A stretch of DNA of 64,000 nucleotides from an uncultured delta proteobacterium (GCA_963706575.1 CAVPNL010000004.1:64001-128000), one strand, 5' to 3'. Positions 42,216 to 52,569 are shown, numbered from the stretch's first letter. Translations and numbers: made by a program. Notes: a model not told the origin generated them from the letters alone.

Positions 42216-43274
42216 TCAATGAACCACCAGCCCCTGCGAGTCAATTTTTAGCTCCAGCAGACGCCCCTCTTTTTCAGACGAAAGTATCTCTTCCCACATA
42301 GGTCTCAAGCTGTCAATATGTTTAACCTCCCCCAATGCCCAGATACATCCGCCACCCCCTGCACCGGTAAACCTGGCACCACAATTATGAGCCACAGCCG
42401 CCTTCATCAATTGAACGCCGACCGCGTCGAGCACATCCGGGGTCATTTTTCGTCGAATTGCGGTTTCCCTGTTCATCAATTCGGCCGCCTTCATATAATT
42501 TCGGTCGGCCAGGTAATTGACAAACTGCCGGGTACAGGCAACGATTTCAGCCCAGGAATCCCGAAATTTTCCGGCAAGAAATTGGTGAACCCAACGGCTG
42601 TTGATATCTTTTGACTCGTGTGGTTTTCCGCAATATGCCAGTAGCAGGTGTTTTTCGAGATTTTTATGGGATATTTTCGGCAGTACCATTTTTTTTCTAA
42701 ATTGAGGATTTTCAATGCTGACCGGCCATATCCAAGCGTTGACACCGCCATATATGGCTGCCAGCTGATCCTGCATACCACAGGGAACACCGGCGACACT
42801 TTCCTCAAGCCCGTGGGCCAGAGAGGCAATGCCGGGCCGGGTCAACGGCCTGGCTGAAGACGCCTGCAGCCATAATTTCGATAAGGCCGCAATCAGCGCT
42901 ACAGCAGCTGCCGATGATCCGCCCAGAGCACTGCGCGGTGGTGATTGGGATTCAACCTGGACGTGAACATTTTTGGCGTTAAAATATACGGCAACCGCAA
43001 GCATCAAACCCAGCGGATGTATAAAGGGGGCCCGGTCGATGGGAAATTCGACACTTTTAAATCCTCTGGAAGAAATTTTTATGCGGTCATTGTGATGGGG
43101 CAAAAGACGAACCCGGGTTCTGAGCCCCACAGCGATGTTAAACGTGCAGGGGCATAGATGGCGCAGCGCGTAATAGAATGTGCGAATGTCCAGTGTGCCC
43201 CCCATATCGATTCGACAGGGCGCCGATGCCTCGATCGGTTTTTTTTCTAATATGCGTTGAAATTTATTCGCCAT
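42216..43274 (-). CDS. GHMP-family sugar kinase (HddA-like)
   Basis: AP.RID.GG..D, P..S.LG.SSA, G.QDQ.AA.YGG, GA..TGAGGGG. Confidence 0.85.
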   Translation of the reverse strand: MANKFQRILEKKPIEASAPCRIDMGGTLDIRTFYYALRHLCPCTFNIAVGLRTRVRLLPHHNDRIKISSRGFKSVEFPIDRAPFIHPLGLMLAVAVYFNAKNVHVQVESQSPPRSALGGSSAAAVALIAALSKLWLQASSARPLTRPGIASLAHGLEESVAGVPCGMQDQLAAIYGGVNAWIWPVSIENPQFRKKMVLPKISHKNLEKHLLLAYCGKPHESKDINSRWVHQFLAGKFRDSWAEIVACTRQFVNYLADRNYMKAAELMNRETAIRRKMTPDVLDAVGVQLMKAAVAHNCGARFTGAGGGGCIWALGEVKHIDSLRPMWEEILSSEKEGRLLELKIDSQGLVVH

Positions 43275-43288
43275 AAGTAAATTAATTT

Positions 43289-43406
43289 ATCACGAAAGCA
43301 CGAAAGATCAAAAACACGAAAAAAGAATTATAAATAAAATTTCGTGTTTTCGTGGTTAGTTTTTATAGCCTTCAATCCGCATTCCGCATTCCGAAATCCG
43401 CATTCG
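43289..43406. repeat. Inverted CACGAAA array plus TCCGCAT heptamer run
   Basis: 43289-43356 CACGAAA/TTTCGTG arms; 43374-43406 AATCCGC ATTCCGC ATTCCGA AATCCGC ATTCG next to the recO stop. Confidence 0.75.
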
Positions 43407-43408
43407 AT

Positions 43409-44173
43409 TTATTTTCGGATTTGCCTCAAAAACTTTAGACTCTTCGGCTGCATTCCCATAATATAGGGCACAAATGCCTCGAGAAATTCAAGACTTTCCT
43501 TTATCGCCTGCGCCCCGAATCGGATCCGTGAGGCTTTCTTCAGGTCCCCGCTTTCGACCCAGAGCAGTTGTTTAATCGTTCCCTTAGAAAGCCGGATGCG
43601 ACCACCGGCGCCAGAGGTACACTCATCGCATAAGATAGCGCCCTTGGCAATATCAAAGACAACCTGATTGGACTGGATCATTTCCAGATTTTTGCGGCAA
43701 CGCCCGCATTGCCTCAAACTGGGGCTGTGCCCGGAAAGGTTCAGCAGCCTCATCTGAAAAAAAATACTTATTTCAGCTGCTGCAGGTGCGTCGCCGTCAA
43801 GCTGACTCAGTGCATGCCTCAAAAGATAATATAGCGAGGCCTGCTTTTGGTTTTCTTCTACCCAGTTATTTAACAGCTCACACCAGTAGCTGGCATAGGC
43901 GGTTTTTCTAATATCATTCCGAATGGAACCAAAAGGTGATATTAAAGTCACTTCCTGCAGGACAGGCAGGCCACGGCCTTTTCCCGTGCTGGCAACTGTA
44001 TCCAGAAGTGAAAAAAGCTCAAGGACACCTGCAAATCGTTTCTTACTTTTTTTAGCAGATTTTGCAATTAAAGAAATTTTGCCCCGCTCCAGCGACAAAA
44101 ATGTTAGGATGAGATCAAAATCCCCATAATCGAGTCTGCGAAGCAAAATGGCAGGCGTGGAAAATACCGACAT
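43409..44173 (-). CDS. recO: DNA repair protein RecO
   Basis: OB-fold start (D.ILT.LS.E.GKI...AK.A.KSK.RF), CxxC...CxxC zinc site; upstream of glyQS. Confidence 0.93.
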   Translation of the reverse strand: MSVFSTPAILLRRLDYGDFDLILTFLSLERGKISLIAKSAKKSKKRFAGVLELFSLLDTVASTGKGRGLPVLQEVTLISPFGSIRNDIRKTAYASYWCELLNNWVEENQKQASLYYLLRHALSQLDGDAPAAAEISIFFQMRLLNLSGHSPSLRQCGRCRKNLEMIQSNQVVFDIAKGAILCDECTSGAGGRIRLSKGTIKQLLWVESGDLKKASRIRFGAQAIKESLEFLEAFVPYIMGMQPKSLKFLRQIRK

Positions 44174-44177
44174 GGAA

Positions 44178-45530
44178 TCATAGACCAAGGAGAGCGGTGG
44201 CTATTGTGAAATAAAACGTTACACTGATAATATCGATAGCGGTCGTTACAAAAGGCCCTGTTGCAACAGCAGGATCAATATTGATGCGGGCAAAACACAT
44301 TGGGACCAGCGAGCCGACCAGCGCGGCGATAGTCATGGAGCTGATAACTGCAAGGCAAACCGCCAGCGCCAGCGCTTCCATGCTGTAGCGTACTTGAGCG
44401 ACACTGCCAATTAACAGCCCATATACAAGGCCCAAAATTACCCCGATTGACAGCTCTTTAAAAACAACGGGCCACAAATCCCTGATAACGATGCGGCCGG
44501 TTGCAAGGCCGCGAACCACGATGGTAGAGGACTGCGTGCCGATGTTACCGCCCATGCCCATAATCACGGGGATGAAAGCAGCCAGGGCAGTAATTTTATT
44601 CAGGGAGCCTTCGAATTTGCCGATGATAAAAAAAGCGATAATTCCACCTAAGCAACTGGCAAAAAGCCAGGGCAAACGTATTCTCGTGCTTTTCAGGACT
44701 GATTTAGTTTCGACAAATTCTTCACCCGCACCGGCCATCTTCAATATGTCCTCTGTGGCCTCGCGCCTGAAAATGTCGATGACATCATCCACGGTAACGA
44801 TACCTACCAGCCGGTTGGAATTGTCTACCACCGGCACGGCCAGAATATCATACCGGGCAACGATTTTGGCCACTTCCTCCTGATCCATGTCGGTCTGAAC
44901 AGAAAACACGTCGGTTGCCATAAACGCTTTCAGCGGTGTTTCAGGTGGTACCAGTACCAGCTGTCGCAGAGAGCTGACCCCGACCAGCTTGCCGTAATCA
45001 TCGACGACATAGAGATAAAAGGGCATCTCAACATCAGAGTATTCTTTTTGCAAAGATTCGATGGCCTGCCTGGCGGTGGAGTCCTCTGCCAGAGCAATAA
45101 AATCCGGTACCATGATGCCACCGGCGGTATCATCCTCATAACGCAGCAGATCTTCAACCTCTTCCGATTCCGTCCGTTTCATTTTTTCCAGGATGGTATC
45201 GGCTTTTTCCTCAGGCAGACGACCTAATAAATCAGCCACATCGTCATTGGGCATTTGTTCAAAGACTTCGACGATGTCTTCAAGCTGGATCCCTTCGGTA
45301 AGATCCAAAAAGGTGTCCGCATCCAGCTCGCTGAACAAAATTCCTTTTTGTTCGATATCTGTTATCATGCCGAATAACTCGCGCTGCTGCGAAAGCGATA
45401 ACGATCGAAAAACAGTGGAAAGGTCGGCCGCATGGGTTTTGTTTACGATATTGTTCAGGTGTGTTGTCGCTCCACGCCGCAACAGCCGTTTAATACTTTC
45501 CACCAAAATTTTTGTACGATCTGTTTGCAT
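44178..45530 (-). CDS. mgtE: Magnesium transporter MgtE
   Basis: TAGGIM, CBS pair, R.PWL, GMGGN.GTQS, DPA.A.GPFVTT..D; start set at ATG 45530. Confidence 0.95.
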   Translation of the reverse strand: MQTDRTKILVESIKRLLRRGATTHLNNIVNKTHAADLSTVFRSLSLSQQRELFGMITDIEQKGILFSELDADTFLDLTEGIQLEDIVEVFEQMPNDDVADLLGRLPEEKADTILEKMKRTESEEVEDLLRYEDDTAGGIMVPDFIALAEDSTARQAIESLQKEYSDVEMPFYLYVVDDYGKLVGVSSLRQLVLVPPETPLKAFMATDVFSVQTDMDQEEVAKIVARYDILAVPVVDNSNRLVGIVTVDDVIDIFRREATEDILKMAGAGEEFVETKSVLKSTRIRLPWLFASCLGGIIAFFIIGKFEGSLNKITALAAFIPVIMGMGGNIGTQSSTIVVRGLATGRIVIRDLWPVVFKELSIGVILGLVYGLLIGSVAQVRYSMEALALAVCLAVISSMTIAALVGSLVPMCFARINIDPAVATGPFVTTAIDIISVTFYFTIATALLGL

Positions 45531-45561
45531 CTTCTTCAAATAAACTAAAAATAATTTTCGA

Positions 45562-45589
45562 AGAACCCATCTCAAAAATGTGGATCAGG
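45562..45589. repeat. Solo MITE terminus
   Basis: AGAACCCATCTCAAAAATGT is the reverse complement of the right end of the 13884-14027 element. Confidence 0.65.
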
Positions 45590-45591
45590 GT

Positions 45592-46329
45592 TCAGGGAAG
45601 CTGAATGTTGACAACCTCCCCGGCTTTACCGGCAATTTTTATGGGCTTTCCGTTGAATTCCAATTTCAGCCCGCCGGCATTGCCAATCAGCAAATTAAAT
45701 TCCGCAGAAGCCTCCAATTCCAGTTTATCACCGGACATTAAATTGTATTCCTTGGATACCTTGTTATCGATGATGACCTTAATCCACGTGTTGTCAACTG
45801 CGGTTATATGCAGCACTAATTTTTTAAGTGGTTTTAGTGTGGCGACCTTTTTAACACTTGAATCGGTCTCTTGCCGGGGAAGCGCTGTTTCCGAATGCTC
45901 GCTGCCGGCAGGAGTTTTAACGGTTTCCGACTGCGGCATCCGACTTTGAAAATATGAAGTGCCATAAAGCGTCAGAGCAATAACCGCTAAAATGGTCGTG
46001 ATCGACAAAATCAGATTGCGCCACGCAAATAGAGAAGATCTGGGAGAAAAACGCCCGGCATCGGCCAGCCGGCTTACCATATTGAGACGAGCCTCATAAA
46101 GTTTAACTACCTCGTCACCATCGGCCCCGATGGCACAGGCATAAGAACGCAGAAAACCTTTCACAAAGACTTCATCCGGAAGCGCTTCGAGAGCCTCTTT
46201 TTCGATCAGCTGTAAATTGCTGATGGCGATGCGAGTTTCTTCCGAAACTTTTTCCAGACTTATTTTCTTCTCAAGCCGCATGGATTGAAGATAGCGGCCG
46301 AATGAAAAAGATTCTTTCTCAGTTTTCAT
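45592..46329 (-). CDS. rodZ: RodZ-like HTH-TM-DUF4115 protein
   Basis: HTH with F.KGFLR.YA, one TM helix, W..V.ID and IGNAGG C-terminal domain. Confidence 0.8.
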   Translation of the reverse strand: MKTEKESFSFGRYLQSMRLEKKISLEKVSEETRIAISNLQLIEKEALEALPDEVFVKGFLRSYACAIGADGDEVVKLYEARLNMVSRLADAGRFSPRSSLFAWRNLILSITTILAVIALTLYGTSYFQSRMPQSETVKTPAGSEHSETALPRQETDSSVKKVATLKPLKKLVLHITAVDNTWIKVIIDNKVSKEYNLMSGDKLELEASAEFNLLIGNAGGLKLEFNGKPIKIAGKAGEVVNIQLP

Positions 46330-46347
46330 AATATTTCGAGTTCCGTG

Positions 46348-47358
46348 TTATTTAATAATCTTGATATGCGACCGTTTGCGAAGCTCACTCAACCAGGTAT
46401 TGTAACGGTTGTCAATTGCTTCGTTATATAAAACATCCTCAATTTCAGCTTCAACATTAGAGAGGCTTTTTGAATCTGTCATAAGTATTTTTTGAACATA
46501 GATGATCTGATACCCTCTATCGGTTTCTAAAATGGAACTATATTCCCCTTCTTTCATATCTTTAACAGCATTTCTCAGCTGGTACGAAAGTTCATCCAGG
46601 CGGTAAAGGCCCAGGTCTGTTCCTTCAGGGCTCTCTGGAGAATCAGGTGCTTCGTCCGCAAATGATTCAAATGATCGGCCTTGCTTTAGTTGACTTAAAA
46701 CGGTCTCCATTTTCCCAAATGCAATTTGCTTTTGAGATTCGTCTGTCATCTGGGAAAACCGTATAAAAATATTCCAGAGGTGATATTTTGTTTCGCCAGC
46801 ATATTTTTCACGTTGCTCGTTGTAATATTTTCCGATTTCCTCACGGGTGATCACGATCTTGGACTTGACTTCACGATTCACCAATTTGCCCCTTAAAAGC
46901 TGATTTTTTAGATTCTCGCGATACTCTTCAATGGTCAAGCCCTGCTCGGCCAACCCCGCTCTCAAATCCTCATCGGTATAGGATCGGCTTTCTTTGATAC
47001 GTTCAATTGTCACATCAATTTCTTCCATACTGATGGTGAGTTTGTTTTTTTTGATTTGCTGGTCGGCAAGCTTTTGGTCAACCAGCTTGTTCAGCAAGTC
47101 CGACCGTAGCTTAAAAAGGGTTTCACGTAGTTTTTCAGGGGGGTAACCCAGAGCCTGGATATTTTGTTCATAGGGTTTCAGCGTTTTATTTAAATCGTAC
47201 AGGGTAATGATTTCATCATTAACCACCGCGACAATGCGATCGACAACAAGGAGTTTTTCTTCCTGAGCATTAATCGAGAAAACGGCGGTGCTGAAGGTCA
47301 ATGTCCCGCAAAAGATTATGCCTAAAAATTTATTCATTTTATTAAATAAACTTTTCAC
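46348..47358 (-). CDS. surA: SurA-like parvulin PPIase/chaperone
   Basis: DRIVAVVN.EIIT, SurA N domain, parvulin G.DLG. Confidence 0.85.
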   Translation of the reverse strand: MKSLFNKMNKFLGIIFCGTLTFSTAVFSINAQEEKLLVVDRIVAVVNDEIITLYDLNKTLKPYEQNIQALGYPPEKLRETLFKLRSDLLNKLVDQKLADQQIKKNKLTISMEEIDVTIERIKESRSYTDEDLRAGLAEQGLTIEEYRENLKNQLLRGKLVNREVKSKIVITREEIGKYYNEQREKYAGETKYHLWNIFIRFSQMTDESQKQIAFGKMETVLSQLKQGRSFESFADEAPDSPESPEGTDLGLYRLDELSYQLRNAVKDMKEGEYSSILETDRGYQIIYVQKILMTDSKSLSNVEAEIEDVLYNEAIDNRYNTWLSELRKRSHIKIIK

Positions 47359-47364
47359 TTCTAA

Positions 47365-48123
47365 TCATCCTGAATCCTGGTTTGAATCTTCGTTTTCCAG
47401 CTCTTGGCCTTCTCGGTATTTTGAACCGCTGAGTTTTTCCCAGTGGGTATCGTTGATTTCAATGCTGTACTTTCGCTTAAGCTCTTTTATCCAAATTTTA
47501 TAAGCTTGCTCTGCTTTTTGCTGGCGCAGGTGTCTAATAATGTTTTCATTGATGTCTTTGTCCGGGTTTATTGATTCAGAATCGGTATCAGTGGCCTGAT
47601 AATTTTTTTCATAATAGCTGGCAATATCTTCGGGTGTAATGGAAATTTGATTCTTGAGCTCATTGTCGATCACCTTTTGCATGAGCAATCTAGTTTTTAA
47701 TCGCGCTTCCCATGATTCATAAGAAACAGCGAATTCCAGTAAGGCTTTTTCAAAAGTGTCTTCAGGATAATCGCTTTTAATTTCGCTGACGGCATTATTG
47801 ATTTCCTCAGTGGAAATGGAAAGACCCAGTTCCTCCGCTCTTTCAAGAATAATCATTTCCACTACCAGCTGGTTTAAAAGCCGAAGCCGCGCATTTCTGA
47901 AATCTTCAGGGTCATCCTTAAAGTTATGGGGATAAGCCGTTCTGGCGATTTCAAATGCTTTATTAAAGTCCAGAACCGTAAGAATCCGATCTCGAACGCG
48001 AATTAAAGGTTCGTGATCCGCATTTGATTCTGAATTCAAACAACCGCCAAAGGAACCAAAGAGCAACATGGAAAACGCTCCAAGCAACCAAATTGTTAAT
48101 GGAAAAGGTTTCGTCATGGACAA
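47365..48123 (-). CDS. SurA N-terminal-domain lipoprotein
   Basis: Lipobox-like FGGC; LL.QL....I.L..A..LG..IS.EEI pattern. Confidence 0.75.
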   Translation of the reverse strand: MSMTKPFPLTIWLLGAFSMLLFGSFGGCLNSESNADHEPLIRVRDRILTVLDFNKAFEIARTAYPHNFKDDPEDFRNARLRLLNQLVVEMIILERAEELGLSISTEEINNAVSEIKSDYPEDTFEKALLEFAVSYESWEARLKTRLLMQKVIDNELKNQISITPEDIASYYEKNYQATDTDSESINPDKDINENIIRHLRQQKAEQAYKIWIKELKRKYSIEINDTHWEKLSGSKYREGQELENEDSNQDSG

Positions 48124-48164
48124 CTCAGCCAGATGTCTTTTTTAGGTTCTTGAAATTATAACCT

Positions 48165-51100
48165 TTAATTGTTAACACGCTGTATAATATCTTTCAATAT
48201 GTTTTTGGCCTGTCGCCGATGACCGCCGCTTTGCCCGTCCGCCATGTTCACTTTCAAAATGCTGCCCGGTGTCAATTCGTAGCGGCCAGGAGCCGCTTGA
48301 ATCATATCCACCAGTGCCTCAGTGTTTCTCATGTGAGCTCGGGAGAATTGCAGATGCATTTGTGGCCCGACCAGATCCAATCTGGTAATGCCGGCTTTTT
48401 TGGATAAAATTTTCAACATAATTTTAAAAAGAAGATTGTTGGCTTCTTCGGGCGGTTTCCCATAACGATCGATTAATTCGTTTTTAAAATCCGCAATCTC
48501 TTTGAATTCGGTCATTCTGGCCAATCGCCGATAAGCAGCCATCCGCTGGTCAATATCGGGGATATAGGATTCGGATAAAAAGGCGGACATACGAACATTG
48601 ATTTCAGGATCCAGCAGTTCCAGAGGTGTTTCGCCTTTCAATTCGGCAACGGCATTTTCCATCAACTTTAAAAACATATCGTAACCGACAGCCGCAATAT
48701 GGCCGGATTGAGAAGCACCAAGGATGGTTCCGCCGCCGCGAATCTTTAAATCATTCATGGCTATCTGAAAACCGGAACCCAAATCACTGTGTTCCATGAG
48801 GACTTTCAGACGCTTCTGGGCATCTTTCGTCAACACACTTTCGGGCGGGATAATCAAATATGCATAGGCCTGTTCATCTGAACGACCCACCCGCCCGCGC
48901 AATTGATAAATCTGAGCCAGTCCAAAACGATCGGCCCGATTAACAATGATGGTGTTGGCCGAAGGGACGTCCAAACCGGATTCAATGATCGTGGTACAAA
49001 CGAGCATATCAAATTCTTTATTTAAAAACCGATACATGACTTGCTCGAGATCAGTCTCACCCATGCGGCCATGGGCGATATCCAACCTGACTTCCGGCAC
49101 CAGTTGCTGTAATCTCCGGGCAATTTTGTTGATGCTTTGAATATTGTTGTGGACAAAAAAGATCTGGCCATGTCTCTGTATCTCTTTTCGAATTCCTTCC
49201 GCTATCAATTCCTCATCAAATTCAGAGACGTAGGTGATGATCGATTGGCGAAATTCCGGCGGTGTAGATATGATACTGATATCTCGAATACCCACCAGTG
49301 ACATATGCAGTGTACGCGGAATCGGTGTGGCGGTCAGCGCCAGCACATCCACATGCTGCTTTAATTTCTTAAGCTTCTCTTTATGGCTGACGCCAAAGCG
49401 TTGCTCTTCATCAACAACAAGCAAGCCCAAATCTTTAAAAGCGATATCTTTTTGAAGCAGCCGGTGCGTTCCGATAACGATATCGAGCTTGCCCGCTTGT
49501 AGATTCTCTATGATCTGCCTTTGTTCCCGTAACGGACGAAATCGGCTCAGGCAGGCAATATTGATCGGATAACGTTCATAACGCTTTGAAAAAGTAGCAT
49601 AATGCTGTTCGGCCAGTATGGTAGTGGGAACCAGCATCGCGACCTGTTTTCCGTTATTTACCGCTAGAAAAGATCCTCGTAAGGCCACTTCGGTTTTACC
49701 GTATCCGACATCCCCGCATATCAGTCGATCCATGGGGGTCGGCTGATACATATCGGCCAGCACGTCTTCAATGGCCTTGACCTGATCGGCCGTCTCTTCA
49801 TATTCAAATCCACCTTCAAAATCATGGAAATAACTGTCAACCGGGCTGAAGACAAACCCTTTCTCATACTTTCGCCTGGCATAAAGTTTGAGAAGCTCGC
49901 CGGCAATTTTCTCTGCAGAGCGCTTAACTCGCTCCTTTATGCGCTTCCAGGAATTACCCCCCATTTTGTCGATAACCGGCTCAATACCTTCCACCCCCAT
50001 GTATTTCTGAACCATGCTCATGCGGTCAACCGGAAGATAGAGCTTGTCGCCATCTTTATAAACGAGCAACAGAAAATCATTGGAAAGTCCGTCAATTTTC
50101 AGTTTTACCAGACCTTCATAGCGCCCGATGCCATGTTCAATATGTACGATCAGATCATCCTTTTTTAAGTCCTGCAAATCCATCAATTCAGATGGCGGCG
50201 AGCGGCGCATCAGTTTTCTGCGTCGAGAGCTTAACCCGAAAATTTCCGCTTCTGTAATAATCGCCAGCGATTCCGCTGCCCACACAAAACCCGTTGAGAG
50301 CTGCCCAAGACACAGGTATAGGGTGTCTGGTTCGATTTTTACGTTTGCAAAAGTCTTTGCGAATTTGAAACGGAAACCATATGGGGTTAGCAGGGATTTC
50401 AATCTTTCGGCCTGGGTTTTGGTTCGGCACACCATTACGGTCGTCAAACTCTTCATCCTTTTTTCATCAATCCAGGCGGCCAGTGGTTTGAGAAGATTTT
50501 CTTTTTCTTGATAATTTTTTAGACGTAAACTGACATCCGCCGTGTCGTCGATCGCCGCCTTGAACTGCATGCGATTCGCACGATTCTGCTCCTGACCTGC
50601 GCCGATCTCGAGCATTTTAAAAGCCAGCGGCTTATTTCGGTCAATACGGTCTTTGATTTGAGTCCAGCTTAGATACAGGCTCGCAGGCTCCACGCACATT
50701 TTTTTGGCCCGACAGGCGGCTTCATAACTCTCGGCAATATGATTTTCCGAATCTTTGGCCGCTCTTTCCAGATCGTCATCCTCCATAGATACGACGAGTG
50801 AATTGTCTGGCAGGTAATCAAAAACATGGTCCAGCTCCGGATAAATCAGCGCTATCAGGCTTTCGATTCCCGGAAACCCCTGTCCAAGTTGGATGGGTTC
50901 AACAATTTTTCTGATCTCGCTCAGCGGGATCTCAAGCGCCGAAGCGCGGGATCTTATGCGGTTGATGAACTGAGGCAGCAGCGCTTTATTTAAAACCATC
51001 TCCCGCGCCGGGAGTACAACAGCTTCGTCAAGGACTTGAAGGGTTCGCTGGCTGGCGGCTGAGAAGCGTCTGATTGACTCCGCCGTATCTCCAAAAAACT

Positions 51101-51680
51101 CGATTCGCAGAGGATCTTTATATAGCGGGCAGTAAATATCGACGATCCCCCCTCGAACACAAAAATCTCCCGGCTCTTCAACGATTGAAGTATGCACATA
51201 TCCCCCGCAAACCAGCTTTTCAATGAGATCTTCTCTATCGATTTCCTCACCGGCAACGATAAGTTCAGCATAGTTTATGATCTCCTGCTTCGGAATAATC
51301 TTCTGCAACAGGGCATCCACAGATGCAATAACGATCGGCGGCGTCTTATATTCCAGTAATTGATAGAGGGCGCAAATTCGCCGGGCGGCGGTTTCATTGT
51401 GATAGGCCAGGAATTTAAACGGCAAAATATTGTAGGAAGGAAACAAAAACAGCGGTACATCAGCAACATCCTGAAAAAAACGCAGGTCTTCAAAAATAGA
51501 TTGGGCCACCTTGCTGGAGGGCGCCACCACTAAAATAGGGATGCGAAGCTCCCTGTAGATTCTCCAGATAAAGTACGCCCTTTCAGAACCGCTCGTCCCA
51601 TAACATTCAACCCTGCCATTTCTATGCGGTATCTGATTTATCAGGGATCCAAGCGAATTTATTGCTTGATTTTGAACCAT
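48165..51680 (-). CDS. mfd: Transcription-repair coupling factor
   Basis: VRGGIVD, VH..HGIG.Y, GDVGYGKT, DEEQRFG, TATPIPRT, QLRGRVGR; start moved to 51680 to avoid overlapping the tRNA. Confidence 0.96.
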   Translation of the reverse strand: MVQNQAINSLGSLINQIPHRNGRVECYGTSGSERAYFIWRIYRELRIPILVVAPSSKVAQSIFEDLRFFQDVADVPLFLFPSYNILPFKFLAYHNETAARRICALYQLLEYKTPPIVIASVDALLQKIIPKQEIINYAELIVAGEEIDREDLIEKLVCGGYVHTSIVEEPGDFCVRGGIVDIYCPLYKDPLRIEFFGDTAESIRRFSAASQRTLQVLDEAVVLPAREMVLNKALLPQFINRIRSRASALEIPLSEIRKIVEPIQLGQGFPGIESLIALIYPELDHVFDYLPDNSLVVSMEDDDLERAAKDSENHIAESYEAACRAKKMCVEPASLYLSWTQIKDRIDRNKPLAFKMLEIGAGQEQNRANRMQFKAAIDDTADVSLRLKNYQEKENLLKPLAAWIDEKRMKSLTTVMVCRTKTQAERLKSLLTPYGFRFKFAKTFANVKIEPDTLYLCLGQLSTGFVWAAESLAIITEAEIFGLSSRRRKLMRRSPPSELMDLQDLKKDDLIVHIEHGIGRYEGLVKLKIDGLSNDFLLLVYKDGDKLYLPVDRMSMVQKYMGVEGIEPVIDKMGGNSWKRIKERVKRSAEKIAGELLKLYARRKYEKGFVFSPVDSYFHDFEGGFEYEETADQVKAIEDVLADMYQPTPMDRLICGDVGYGKTEVALRGSFLAVNNGKQVAMLVPTTILAEQHYATFSKRYERYPINIACLSRFRPLREQRQIIENLQAGKLDIVIGTHRLLQKDIAFKDLGLLVVDEEQRFGVSHKEKLKKLKQHVDVLALTATPIPRTLHMSLVGIRDISIISTPPEFRQSIITYVSEFDEELIAEGIRKEIQRHGQIFFVHNNIQSINKIARRLQQLVPEVRLDIAHGRMGETDLEQVMYRFLNKEFDMLVCTTIIESGLDVPSANTIIVNRADRFGLAQIYQLRGRVGRSDEQAYAYLIIPPESVLTKDAQKRLKVLMEHSDLGSGFQIAMNDLKIRGGGTILGASQSGHIAAVGYDMFLKLMENAVAELKGETPLELLDPEINVRMSAFLSESYIPDIDQRMAAYRRLARMTEFKEIADFKNELIDRYGKPPEEANNLLFKIMLKILSKKAGITRLDLVGPQMHLQFSRAHMRNTEALVDMIQAAPGRYELTPGSILKVNMADGQSGGHRRQAKNILKDIIQRVNN

Positions 51681-51706
51681 AAACAAAGTAATGAAACAAA
51701 GCTTGC

Positions 51707-51782
51707 GCCACCGTAGCTCAGCTGGTAGAGCAGGGCATTCGTAATGCTCAGGTCTGCGGTTCAAGTCCGCACGGTGGCTCCA
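51707..51782 (+). tRNA. tRNA-Thr (anticodon CGT)
   Basis: Acceptor GCCACCG/CGGTGGC, D arm GCTC/GAGC, anticodon arm GGGCA-TTCGTAA-TGCTC, T loop TTCAAGT, encoded CCA; 76 nt. Confidence 0.97.
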
Positions 51783-51791
51783 TGGTGATAG

Positions 51792-51835
51792 AATAGGGTT
51801 CCCTGGCTCTCTATCAGGAACCCTATTTTTGTTTT
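51792..51835 (+). terminator. Terminator after tRNA-Thr
   Basis: AATAGGGTTCC...GGAACCCTATTTTTGTTTT. Confidence 0.75.
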
Positions 51836-51868
51836 AGCCGGAGTCCTGTGGATTCGTATTTTTAAAAA

Positions 51869-52081
51869 GAATATCGAATATTGAATGCTGAATGTCGAAT
51901 GTCGAAGTAAGGTATTATAACATCAGATGAAAAGATAGCTTTTAGCCCATACAGGGATTTTGTGCAACCTAGTGTTTAGTGTTTGGTGTTTGGTGTTTGG
52001 TATTTAGTGTTTCGTTCGACATATTTCGCTCTATATCAATTTGTTAGACTGCTAAACACTAAACACAAAATACTAAACACT
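51869..52081. repeat. GAATRTY heptamer run plus inverted GTGTTTR array
   Basis: 51869-51908 GAATATC GAATATT GAATGCT GAATGTC GAATGTC; 51971-52081 (AGTGTTT/GGTGTTT)n ... (TAAACAC)n. Confidence 0.8.
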
Positions 52082-52215
52082 CTCTTAAAAGACCGCCTTT
52101 CTTGTTGTTTACGAGACAGTCAAAAGAACCTAATAAATTGAATTGAGTTCAGATTTTACAAAAAAAACGGACCGGTATTAGTTATTGAATCATCATTATT
52201 TTATTAATTCGCATC

Positions 52216-52244
52216 TTGACATATGATTTTGGTACGTATAAACT
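52216..52244 (+). promoter_or_regulatory. Putative sigma70 promoter
   Basis: TTGACA-17 bp-TAAACT. Confidence 0.5.
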
Positions 52245-52395
52245 ATTTACTTATAAAATAAATATTTAACTCACTTTTCAGCCGACCGCAATGGCGCCGG
52301 CTTATCTATGATAGCGGAAATAGCCTGAATCACCAAATGAAATTAGCGAAAAATTTCACAAACCGATTTTGAATTCGCACCGTGGAGATCTCTGG

Positions 52396-52569
52396 ATGAG
52401 CGATACTGATGATGCGCAAATTAAAGCGGAAATTGACGGAATTATGAATGGCGTCAAAACCATTATGCAAAAAATAGATGCCTTGACGCCCAAAGAGGAA
52501 CAGGAACAAATTGAAGATACGGATAAAAATACCAATTCATCTGAAAATAGCAACGCAGGAGCGTCATAA
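52396..52569 (+). CDS. Small acidic hypothetical protein (57 aa)
   Basis: GGAG RBS; amphipathic helix followed by a polar tail. Confidence 0.45.
   Translation: MSDTDDAQIKAEIDGIMNGVKTIMQKIDALTPKEEQEQIEDTDKNTNSSENSNAGAS

Noticed and set aside
45531..45575. N-terminal extension of MgtE in the ORF track
   Set aside because: The upstream start lies inside a MITE terminus; ATG 45530 is more plausible.
51681..51764. N-terminal extension of Mfd
   Set aside because: It overlaps the tRNA-Thr gene on the opposite strand.
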